Below, one piece after another: positions 8,624-16,706 of a stretch of DNA of 64,000 nt (positions within the stretch are counted from its first letter, which is position 1; each line of letters starts with the position of its first letter). Source of the DNA: a bacterium ADurb.Bin212 (lineage in GTDB: Bacteria; Patescibacteriota; UBA1384; XYA2-FULL-43-10). Under the pieces are notes generated by a model. The model was not told the origin of the DNA, made no database searches, and saw only the letters and a list, made by a program, of their open reading frames with translations. Where the stretch lies: assembly GCA_002070055.1 (NCBI GenBank), contig MWCM01000002.1:286-64285 (forward strand), written 5' to 3'. The position numbers and the translations under genes were made by a program.

Positions 8624-9277
8624 ATGAGTAAACCAAATAGAATTGTTTGGTCTTCAAAGCTGGCATATGCCACAGGGCTAATGGCCACTGATGGTAGTAT
8701 GAGTAATGACGGAAGACATATCGTATTTGTTTCAAAAGATATTGAGCAAATTGAAAACTTTATGAGTTGCTTGGGAGTACAATGTAGAATTTCATTGAAA
8801 ACAAGCGGCTTTAACCACAATAAATACCCATACATACAGTTTAGCAATTCGAAGTATTATAATTGGTTTGAGAAAATTGGGATACACCCGAATAAAACAA
8901 AAACAATTTCTGAAATAAAAATTCCTGATAGATATTTTTTTGATTTTTTGCGTGGTCACTTTGATGGAGATGGGTCATCGTACTCCTATAAAGATCGAAG
9001 ATGGAAAAATAGTTTCATGTATTACATACAATTTGTATCTGCAAGCGAGAATCATCTTTGTTGGATTAGAGACACATTGCATAAAACCTTGAAGATTAAC
9101 GGCAAAGTTAGAAAAGTGGGTAATATATATAGACTATCTTTTGCAAAGTTGAATTCTTATATCATCGTAAATAAAATGTATTCAGATAAAAATTGTATTT
9201 GTTTAAACAGAAAGAAAATAAAGATATTCAATGCGATAAATGCCGCGGTGCTGGAACTGGTAGACAGGCACGCTTGA
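8624..9277 (+). CDS. Free-standing LAGLIDADG-family homing endonuclease, double-motif monomeric type
   Basis: Motif 1 KLAYATGLMATDGSM and motif 2 FDFLRGHFDGDGSSY, about 100 aa apart in an intact 217-aa ORF. The last 36 nt of the ORF overlap the 5' half of tRNA-Leu(GAG). A TGgTATACT extended -10 sits about 12 nt upstream of the ATG, suggesting a leaderless mRNA. Confidence 0.7.
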   Translation: MSKPNRIVWSSKLAYATGLMATDGSMSNDGRHIVFVSKDIEQIENFMSCLGVQCRISLKTSGFNHNKYPYIQFSNSKYYNWFEKIGIHPNKTKTISEIKIPDRYFFDFLRGHFDGDGSSYSYKDRRWKNSFMYYIQFVSASENHLCWIRDTLHKTLKINGKVRKVGNIYRLSFAKLNSYIIVNKMYSDKNCICLNRKKIKIFNAINAAVLELVDRHA

Positions 9278-9327
9278 GGTGCGTGTGTCCAAAAGACGTG
9301 GAGGTTCAAGTCCTCTCCGCGGCACCA
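9242..9327 (+). tRNA. tRNA-Leu (GAG), type II
   Basis: Same acceptor and T-arm as the 7001 copy. Anticodon stem cacgc/gcgtg with loop ttGAGgt. Variable arm tgtccaaaagacg. CCA encoded. Confidence 0.85.
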
Positions 9328-9356
9328 TTTAATCTTATTAACTAGCCATATAGTTT

Positions 9357-9749
9357 ATGACAATTTCAGAAATTTTTTCCAAACAATATCTTTTTGATCC
9401 TGTGCCGCCGTCTGAAAACAGCTATCTATGGTATCAGCTAGCCTTTTTTTCTTTGCTTTTAATAATTGGCATAATAATTACTTTAAGCAAAAAGATTGAT
9501 AAAAAGATTAAAAGTCGTCAGCTATACTGCTATCTGACTTGCGGTATATTGGGTTTGGTTTATCTCTTCTCCAGATACGAACAATTACCGTGGTTGGGAT
9601 CCAGATTATTCTTGGCAGTTGTCCTATTGGTACTGTTAGTTTGGACAACAATAATTACGGTATGGATGACAAGATACACAAAAACCTTGGACAAAGAGAA
9701 GATTTTATCGGAAAGATATAAAAAATATTTACCTAAAAAGAAGAAATAA
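9357..9749 (+). CDS. Hypothetical small membrane protein with lysine-rich C-terminus
   Basis: 130 aa with three hydrophobic segments and a KKYLPKKKK tail. Confidence 0.45.
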   Translation: MTISEIFSKQYLFDPVPPSENSYLWYQLAFFSLLLIIGIIITLSKKIDKKIKSRQLYCYLTCGILGLVYLFSRYEQLPWLGSRLFLAVVLLVLLVWTTIITVWMTRYTKTLDKEKILSERYKKYLPKKKK

Positions 9750-9799
9750 CATTATTATTAATTTAAAACAAAAAAAGATCGTAGAAAGGATATTTTATA

Positions 9800-11065
9800 A
9801 TGACTGAAAACAACGAGATTAAGGAGGAGAAACAGCAGGTTGAGAGCATGGAAAGTCTAATGGCCGAACTTGGGGACAGCCTTTTACCTTTTAAAGAGGG
9901 TGATCTAGTAGAGGCAACCATTTTGGCAGTTGCCGGTAATAGAATTTGGGTTGATGTTGCTGGACAATCATTGGGTTTCATACCGGAAAGGGAGATTACT
10001 AGCAAGTCTGGTCTTAAAAAAGGCGATAAAGTATATGCATCTGTAATTTCAATGGATAGTGAAGAGGGCAATGTTGTGTTGTCTTTGAGGCAAGCTGATC
10101 GTGAAAAGTATTGGTTGGAGATGTCACAGAAATACGAAAGTGGTGAACCGGCCACTATTACTATTACCGATGCCAATAAGGGTGGTTTGATGTCTGAAAT
10201 TGGCGGTATACAGGGTTTCTTGCCGGTATCACAGCTTTCTCCTAAGAACTATCCGAGAGTTGAGGGTGGCAACAAAGATGAAATTCTAAACAGGCTGCGC
10301 CAATTCATTGGGACCGAGGTTTTGGTTAAGGTATTGAATTGTGATAAAGAGGGTGGAAAACTTATTTTCTCTGAGCGTGCAGTAAGCGCAGACGAAGTTA
10401 AAGATAAACTTGAGCAGATTAATATTGGTGATAAACACAAAGGCAAAATTACAGGTATTGTTGACTTTGGCCTATTTGTAAGTTTGGATCCACAGGTTGA
10501 AGGTTTAGTACACATCTCTGAGGTTTCGTGGAGCCGTGTTACAGATTTAAATAAGTTATTCAAAGTCGGTGATGAGATCGAAGCAATGATTATTGGCAAG
10601 GAAGATGGCCGAGTTTCTTTGTCTATTAAAAGACTACAAGACGATCCTTGGGCCGAAGCTGCCAAAAAGTATAATGTTGGTGATGTAATAAGCGGGAAAG
10701 TTACCAAGGTAACACCATTTGGTGCTTTTGTTTCAATTGAGAAGGGTATAGACGGATTGGTTCACATTTCGGAGTTATCAAGCGATCATGTGTCTGACCC
10801 ATCCAAGGTAATTGAGCTTGGTAAAGAATATAAAATGAAGATTATCTCCATTGAGCCATCAAGCCATAGGCTCGGCCTAAGCTTAAAGGAGCTTAACGCT
10901 AGTGTTGCAAAAAACGAAGAAAAGTTACCTGAATCAAAAGATTCAGAGTCAGATATTAAAGAAGCTGATTCCAAGCAAGAGTTAAGTCAGGAACCTGAAA
11001 AGAAGAAATCTAAAACAGTCGCGGCAAAAAAGAGTTCTGGCAAAGATAAGGCTGATAAAAAATAA
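9800..11065 (+). CDS. rpsA: 30S ribosomal protein S1 (four S1 domains) with K-rich C-terminal tail
   Basis: Repeated S1-domain signatures (G.V..V..FGAFV....GL.H.SE). AAGGA RBS before the ATG. Confidence 0.85.
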   Translation: MTENNEIKEEKQQVESMESLMAELGDSLLPFKEGDLVEATILAVAGNRIWVDVAGQSLGFIPEREITSKSGLKKGDKVYASVISMDSEEGNVVLSLRQADREKYWLEMSQKYESGEPATITITDANKGGLMSEIGGIQGFLPVSQLSPKNYPRVEGGNKDEILNRLRQFIGTEVLVKVLNCDKEGGKLIFSERAVSADEVKDKLEQINIGDKHKGKITGIVDFGLFVSLDPQVEGLVHISEVSWSRVTDLNKLFKVGDEIEAMIIGKEDGRVSLSIKRLQDDPWAEAAKKYNVGDVISGKVTKVTPFGAFVSIEKGIDGLVHISELSSDHVSDPSKVIELGKEYKMKIISIEPSSHRLGLSLKELNASVAKNEEKLPESKDSESDIKEADSKQELSQEPEKKKSKTVAAKKSSGKDKADKK

Positions 11066-11080
11066 GAAAAGTGAGGTAAA

Positions 11081-11569
11081 ATGCAGATATCTAAGTCTGG
11101 TGAAAGTGTCTTGAATATCAAATGTAAAGAGGGGATGGTGAGAGCTGATACCAGAGGAGTTGAAATTGACGGCCTGTTATTCTCCGGTCCAGGCGAATAT
11201 GAGAGAAAGGGGATATTTGTCGAAGGTCTTGAGCCGGATGGTTTGGGTACGATATTTTTGGTACATGCCGAAGACATGAATATCTGCTACGCTGCGGAAA
11301 TTAGAGGTGTGCTGTCTGCCGGATCGGTTAAAAGTTTGGGTGATATAGATATCTTGATAATTACCATTGATACGGATAATGGTTTGAATGCTAAAGATGC
11401 CGAAAAAACTATTTCAACCATCGACCCAAGGGTTATCGTCACCACTAAGGTTTCTCCCGATATTGATGTGCAAAGCTCTTTTGCTGTCAATCGTGAGGAT
11501 ATGGATGTTTTCCGCTTCAAAAAGTCAGATCTTCCTTCTGAGGACAGAAGACTAATAGTAATCTCTTGA
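11081..11569 (+). CDS. Hypothetical protein
   Basis: 162-aa ORF with GTGAGG RBS, no recognised motifs. Confidence 0.45.
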   Translation: MQISKSGESVLNIKCKEGMVRADTRGVEIDGLLFSGPGEYERKGIFVEGLEPDGLGTIFLVHAEDMNICYAAEIRGVLSAGSVKSLGDIDILIITIDTDNGLNAKDAEKTISTIDPRVIVTTKVSPDIDVQSSFAVNREDMDVFRFKKSDLPSEDRRLIVIS

Positions 11570-11576
11570 GAAAAAA

Positions 11577-12536
11577 GTGAAGCAGTATAATGAACTTAAT
11601 AAGGTCTTGGAGGGGAAGACCGGTTTTTTGTTGATTACTCACGAGGAACCGGATGGAGATGCAATAGGTGCAACCCTATCTTTGTATAGTTTCTTGAGTG
11701 ACTCCGGCAAGAAAGTGTTGGCGGTTAGCCGGGATAGCGTGCCACCATTTTTCTCATTTTTGGATGAAAATAAATTGTTAAATAGCGATTTTTTGGTCGG
11801 TGATTACGAAGTAATAATTTTAATTGATAACGGTGATCTAAAAAGAACTGGCTTTGCAGATAGAATCAAAAAAGCCAAAAGATCAGGCAAGACAATTATT
11901 AATATCGATCATCATCCGCAAAATGATATTTGGAAGTTGGCGGATATCAATATTGCTTTTCCCTCTTACTCTTCTACCTCGGAGATCATGTATGAAATAC
12001 TAACCGTTAATGGTTACGAAATAGATTCCACTGTGGCTACGGCCCTGTTGGCAGGAATATATTATGATACGGGTGGTTTTCAGCACTCCAATACCTCGAA
12101 GAAGGTCATGGATATTGTGAGCGATCTTTTGAAAAGGGGTGCAAGACTAAAAAAGATCTCAAAGAATATTGCCAAAGCCAGATCTGTTAATATGCTTAAA
12201 TTGTGGGGGATAGCTCTGAACAGGATTACAATAGTAAAGGAGTTCGGCTTGGCTTATAGCGTGCTTACCCAAGATGATATTAGATACACCGGTGCCAGCG
12301 AAGAAGAGATTTCGGGGCTTGTTAACCTAATAAATTCAGCAGCAGAGGCTGAAGCCAGTTTATTGATATATGAGTCGGATAATGGTAACATTAAGGGGAG
12401 TTTACGCACCGAAAGTGATAAAGTTGATGTCTCCGCTTTGGCAAAATTGTTTGGTGGTGGTGGTCATAAGAAGGCGTCCGGATTCTCTTTTAGCGGCAGG
12501 ATCACCAAAGTTGGTGAAAATTGGAGATTGGATTAA
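11577..12536 (+). CDS. nrnA: DHH/DHHA1 phosphoesterase, NrnA-like nanoRNase/pAp phosphatase
   Basis: DHH motifs (LITHEEPDGDAIG, DHHPQND) and DHHA1 GGGGHKKASG. GTG start. Confidence 0.8.
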   Translation: MKQYNELNKVLEGKTGFLLITHEEPDGDAIGATLSLYSFLSDSGKKVLAVSRDSVPPFFSFLDENKLLNSDFLVGDYEVIILIDNGDLKRTGFADRIKKAKRSGKTIINIDHHPQNDIWKLADINIAFPSYSSTSEIMYEILTVNGYEIDSTVATALLAGIYYDTGGFQHSNTSKKVMDIVSDLLKRGARLKKISKNIAKARSVNMLKLWGIALNRITIVKEFGLAYSVLTQDDIRYTGASEEEISGLVNLINSAAEAEASLLIYESDNGNIKGSLRTESDKVDVSALAKLFGGGGHKKASGFSFSGRITKVGENWRLD

Positions 12537-12573
12537 TATTTGTTACTGACAGCATCAATATGTTTAAAATTTC

Positions 12574-12657
12574 GCTCGGGTGGTGGAATGGTAGACACGA
12601 AGGACTTAAAATCCTTTGGCGAAAGCCGTGCGGGTTCGATTCCCGCCCCGAGTACCA
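12574..12657 (+). tRNA. tRNA-Leu (TAA), type II
   Basis: Acceptor gctcggg/cccgagt (G1-U72). Anticodon stem aagga/tcctt with loop ctTAAaa. Variable arm tggcgaaagccgtgc. T-arm gcgggttcgattcccgc. CCA encoded. Confidence 0.85.
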
Positions 12658-12671
12658 AATTATGTTGTAAT

Positions 12672-12777
12672 ATCGGGAATCGAAAGGCGGAGGCGCGTCT
12701 GGCGCCGAGCCGGGGTAGACCAATCCCGCAGAAGCGGGATATGGGTGACTGATTCCCGCCCCGATTACCAACCACAA
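12672..12777 (+). other. GC-rich structured segment ending in a 25-nt imperfect copy of the tRNA-Leu(TAA) 3' end. Not foldable as a canonical tRNA
   Basis: gattcccgccccgaTtaccaa at about 12751-12771 against gattcccgccccgaGtaccaa at the tRNA 3' end. Internal hairpins ggcgc-gtctg-gcgcc and atcccgc-agaa-gcgggat. 7-bp long-range pairing cgggaat/attcccg. Confidence 0.4.
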
Positions 12778-12855
12778 AATATTTCATTACTGATTAACAC
12801 AGAAGATTGTCCGACTGACTATTTGATCAAAAACTCCTAAGTCGAGAGGGAATAA

Positions 12856-13521
12856 GTGTCAAAAAGATTAAAAATAAATTTTGTAATCTCGGGATGCTTG
12901 ATTTTAGTCCTCTTGTTGGCCGGTTTTTTCTATCTTCCATCAATTCTAGGTGATGAAATGTACACATTAAAGTATGAAGATCTAATTGTTAAATACTCCG
13001 TTAAGTATGACGTGGACCCAGCATTGGTGGCGGCCATCATAAGACAGGAGAGTAACTTTAACCCCAATGCTGTTTCGCGTGCTGGTGCTAAGGGCTTGGC
13101 CCAATTTATGGATGGTACTGCAAAAACCATGGCCAAGCAAACAGGAAGATGGCCAAATTACGACGTCTTTGATCCTGAGACATCAATTGAGTTCTGTGCC
13201 GGGCATATTCACGATATGCTAGTAAAATATAGTGATAATTTAGATGCAGCTCTTGCCGCCTATAATGCCGGTGGTGGTAATGCAGACAAATGGATTCATC
13301 TTGGCATTATGGACAATATCCCCTTCGGTGAAACTAGGAATTATGTAAAAAAGGTAAAGAATTATTATACAATTTATCTCAAGCTTTATGGAGATAATAA
13401 ACTATCTTCGGAAAAAACAAAAATTGAAACAGTGAAGGTAGAAATTAAACAAGCTGACACATATACGGCTTTTTGGAGTATGTTCTTTAAAGACATGTTT
13501 AAAATTGATATAAACAAATAA
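12856..13521 (+). CDS. Lytic transglycosylase (SLT domain), membrane-anchored
   Basis: AAIIRQESNFNPNAVSRAGAKGLAQFM catalytic-Glu region and AYNAGGGN motif. GTG start after GAGAGGGAATAA. Confidence 0.8.
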   Translation: MSKRLKINFVISGCLILVLLLAGFFYLPSILGDEMYTLKYEDLIVKYSVKYDVDPALVAAIIRQESNFNPNAVSRAGAKGLAQFMDGTAKTMAKQTGRWPNYDVFDPETSIEFCAGHIHDMLVKYSDNLDAALAAYNAGGGNADKWIHLGIMDNIPFGETRNYVKKVKNYYTIYLKLYGDNKLSSEKTKIETVKVEIKQADTYTAFWSMFFKDMFKIDINK

Positions 13522-13634
13522 TTGCCATTGGAAAACAATGCAATTAAAGTCTTATCACTTCTTATGATTATTTAATATTTGACCTTTAATAGCGATAAAA
13601 AAGTATTTATTGCAAAATAGTTTTTCTATCAAAC

Positions 13635-15434
13635 ATGAAACCAGAAGAGATTAGGCAAAAATTTCTAAAATATTTTGAGAGCAAAGGGCATAAAATTATA
13701 CCATCTGCTTCACTGATTCCTGCAGAAACAGATCCAACAGTTCTTTTTACCACTGCAGGTATGCATCCCCTGGTTCCGTATTTAATGGGAGATGAACACC
13801 CAAAAGGTAAACGCTTGGTAAATGTGCAACGCTGTATTAGAACTGGCGATATAGATGAAGTGGGAGATGAATCACATCTTACTTTCTTTGAGATGATGGG
13901 TTATTGGTCTTTGGGTGACTATTGGAAAAAAGAAGCTATCGAGTACATTTTTGAGTTTCTTACCAAAGAGCTTGGTTTGAATCCAAAAGATTTTGCAGCT
14001 ACTTGCTTTGAAGGAGATGAGAAAAACGGTATTGCTCGCGATACTGAAGCCTATGAAATATGGCGCTCTTTGGGTATCCCCGAAGAAAGAATTACATATT
14101 TGGGTTATGAAGATAATTGGTGGGGGCCCGCTGGAAACACAGGTCCATGCGGTCCGGATAGCGAACTTTTCGTCTGGGTGGGAGAGGGTGAAGCGCCAGC
14201 TAAATTTGATCCGGAAGATAAAGGTTGGATGGAGCTCTGCAACGATGTCTTTATGCAATATAACAAAACTGCGGAGGGTAAGTTCGAGCCCCTTGTACAA
14301 AAGAATGTTGATTTCGGCATGGGGTTTGAGAGATTGGTGGCTTATTTGAATAAAGAATCAGATATTTATAAATCAGATCAATTTTGGCCGATTATCGAAA
14401 AGCTGGAAGAGCTATCAAATAAAGAATACCATGATAACAAAAAAGAATTTCGAGTTATTGTCGACCATCTCAAAGCAGCAGTTTTCGTTATAAATGACGG
14501 CGTAGCGCCTTCGAATAAGGATCAAGGTTATGTAGCCAGAAGGCTAATCCGTCGCTCAATTGTAAAGGCTAGGGATTTGGGTTTAACAAGTGAACTTTCG
14601 AAAAATGTCTTGCCTGTCATCTTTGAGTGTCATTCTGAACTTGATTCAGAATCCAGAAATATTTATGAAATATTCTCCAAGGAAGAATCCAAATTTATTA
14701 ATCGAATAAATTCATTTTTGATGGATTTAGAGGTTATCGCAAAAACTAAAATCAAAACAGAAAGTATTGATTATAAACCAATCGAGATTGATGGCAAGCA
14801 GTTGTTTGATTGGTATCAATCAGAGGGCGTCCCACTGGAAATCTCCCTTGAGGAAGCGCAGAAAAGGAATATAAAAATTGAAAAAAATGCAGAAATTTCT
14901 TTTTATCAAATGCTTCTAAACCACAAAGAACTTTCTCGGACTGCCTCTGCAGGGATGTTTAAAGGTGGTCTAGCTGATGCAGGCGAAGAAACCAAGAAGT
15001 TACACACGGCAGCTCACTTGATGCTTGAGGCATTGCGTAGAGTCTTGGGCGATCATGTCATGCAAAAGGGTTCCAATATCACCGCCGAAAGACTACGTTT
15101 TGATTTCTCTCACCCAGAAAAGATGACCGATGAACAAAAAAAACGAGTAGAAGATATTGTAAACGAACAGATCAAAAAAGATCTAACGGTAACCATGGAA
15201 GAGATGACAGTCGAAGAAGCAGATAAATTGGGCGCTATGGGAGCGTTTAAAGATAGATATGGAGAAAGAGTAAAAGTTTATTCCGTGCTGGAAGAATCGA
15301 CTGGCGAGGTATTCTCCAAAGAGATCTGTGGAGGTCCTCACGTGGAACATACTGGAGAACTTGGTCACTTTATGATAAAAAAAGAGGAATCATCCTCATC
15401 TGGAATTCGCAGAATTAAAGCTGTGCTCAAATAA
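13635..15434 (+). CDS. alaS: Alanyl-tRNA synthetase, short form (catalytic, tRNA-recognition and editing domains, no C-Ala domain)
   Basis: N-terminus MKPEEIRQKFLKYFESKGHKIIPSASLIP...FTTAGM. Editing-domain HTAAHLM and CGGPHV motifs. 599 aa. Confidence 0.85.
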   Translation: MKPEEIRQKFLKYFESKGHKIIPSASLIPAETDPTVLFTTAGMHPLVPYLMGDEHPKGKRLVNVQRCIRTGDIDEVGDESHLTFFEMMGYWSLGDYWKKEAIEYIFEFLTKELGLNPKDFAATCFEGDEKNGIARDTEAYEIWRSLGIPEERITYLGYEDNWWGPAGNTGPCGPDSELFVWVGEGEAPAKFDPEDKGWMELCNDVFMQYNKTAEGKFEPLVQKNVDFGMGFERLVAYLNKESDIYKSDQFWPIIEKLEELSNKEYHDNKKEFRVIVDHLKAAVFVINDGVAPSNKDQGYVARRLIRRSIVKARDLGLTSELSKNVLPVIFECHSELDSESRNIYEIFSKEESKFINRINSFLMDLEVIAKTKIKTESIDYKPIEIDGKQLFDWYQSEGVPLEISLEEAQKRNIKIEKNAEISFYQMLLNHKELSRTASAGMFKGGLADAGEETKKLHTAAHLMLEALRRVLGDHVMQKGSNITAERLRFDFSHPEKMTDEQKKRVEDIVNEQIKKDLTVTMEEMTVEEADKLGAMGAFKDRYGERVKVYSVLEESTGEVFSKEICGGPHVEHTGELGHFMIKKEESSSSGIRRIKAVLK

Positions 15435-15465
15435 TTTATAATAACAACTAATTATCTAGATTCAT

Positions 15466-16641
15466 ATGTTTAGAGATAACGGCTCACACATGATGATGGA
15501 CGATGGTCTAGACCCGAGTTATAGAAGGCCGGAGCATCAGCCACCTTTGGGCTTTGAAGCTGCCTCCATCAATCGGCTAGAAACAGACAGAGAGATGTTT
15601 GACGTTTGTAATATTGTATCAGAACATCTCAAACAATATTCTAATCTGAATTTGTCGCTAAGACAGCTTTTGTCCTTAAAATTGTTCAATAGGTATGCCC
15701 TTGCGGCAGATCGCGAAAACGTTGATACCTCAGATATCTTCGAAGAGATTGATTCATTGGGTAATATCGAAAGTAACTTGGCAGATCCATCCAACCCATT
15801 GCCGACGGTCGGTGTTGAGCTAGAGGTACCAATAACTCGTGAAGTTATAAGACTCAGGGACGTTCTAAGCCGATTCAGAATCAAACATGATGATGAGCAG
15901 GAGATTCTCTATGAGGCATCTCCATCTTATTCATATAGCCCCAAAGTTCAGGCGATGATCTTGCAAGAGTTGTCAAAAATCGGATTTGTGCCAATGCGGT
16001 CAACTGAGGAAGACCAGCAACGGCCCAATTCTGACAATCTCTCCGGCTATAAAATTAATCGTGATGATCCACTCTCGCTACATATTAACTTGGGGTTGAG
16101 CTGTTTTTCTAATTATCGTCAAGCAGATAAATTTTATGAAGTAATGGAGGTGCTAAGTGACTCGTTAATTCTTGCTTATACTAGTTCGGAGAGGATCAAA
16201 AGTAAAAAACATCGCAAAGCTTTTGATCATAATAAGCCTGCCGAAAGAAGTGATAAAATTGAATTTATGACTGAGTTTGCTCTGCCCATCCGTTTGGAGT
16301 TGAAGTCAGCAGAGTTTAGGGACTCATCTTCATATCGGGCACTTTTTGATGCTCAACATTTAGGTGCGGCACTTAACTCGTATATTATGGTTGAAACCGG
16401 TCGCAAAGGTTCTAGCGCGATTGATATTAAACTAGCAGATATTTATAGACAATTCTTACGCGATGCAAATGCTCTATTTAAGAGATATCAGCATGATACA
16501 GGGAATATATTTGAATCTAATCAAGAAAGACAAATTACTGCTCAAAGAGTTGAAGAAGGTGAAATTCAGGCTAGCTTTCGCTCTTTGTCACAGGAGTATC
16601 GTCGAATTATCGCCGATACAATCAAAGGCGAACGCGAGTAG
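15466..16641 (+). CDS. Glutamine-synthetase-fold amidoligase-like protein (Amidoligase_2/GCS2-like), putative
   Basis: TVGVELEVPI N-terminal strand, YEASPSYS (ExxSP-like) and LHINLG motifs reminiscent of GS-like carboxylate-amine ligases. No SD upstream. Confidence 0.4.
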   Translation: MFRDNGSHMMMDDGLDPSYRRPEHQPPLGFEAASINRLETDREMFDVCNIVSEHLKQYSNLNLSLRQLLSLKLFNRYALAADRENVDTSDIFEEIDSLGNIESNLADPSNPLPTVGVELEVPITREVIRLRDVLSRFRIKHDDEQEILYEASPSYSYSPKVQAMILQELSKIGFVPMRSTEEDQQRPNSDNLSGYKINRDDPLSLHINLGLSCFSNYRQADKFYEVMEVLSDSLILAYTSSERIKSKKHRKAFDHNKPAERSDKIEFMTEFALPIRLELKSAEFRDSSSYRALFDAQHLGAALNSYIMVETGRKGSSAIDIKLADIYRQFLRDANALFKRYQHDTGNIFESNQERQITAQRVEEGEIQASFRSLSQEYRRIIADTIKGERE

Positions 16642-16706
16642 TATCTTTGCAAATATTTGATCATTCTATTATAATCTATATAGATTATAAGTTTGAGGGG
16701 TGCATA

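Noticed and set aside
8569-8847. 92-aa minus-strand ORF
   Set aside because: It is antisense to the LAGLIDADG gene, which carries clear family motifs
12672-12777. Attempt to fold the second GC-rich element as tRNA-Sec or another type II tRNA
   Set aside because: No T-arm (GTTC-type loop) or anticodon stem-loop can be formed. Only the last about 21 nt match tRNA-Leu, so it is reported as a partial duplicate or structured spacer instead
12502-12787. Minus-strand ORFs of 91 aa and 84 aa
   Set aside because: They are antisense to the tRNA and to the 3' end of nrnA, with no start signals
12540-12840. Two overlapping plus-strand ORFs (70 aa and 74 aa), Arg-rich
   Set aside because: They read through tRNA-Leu(TAA) and the GC-rich repeat/hairpin segment. 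The Arg/Gly richness is a GC artefact
16647-16706. Upstream start for ftsA at 16647
   Set aside because: No RBS. The in-frame GTG at 16707 follows GAGGGG at correct spacing and gives a typical FtsA N-terminus
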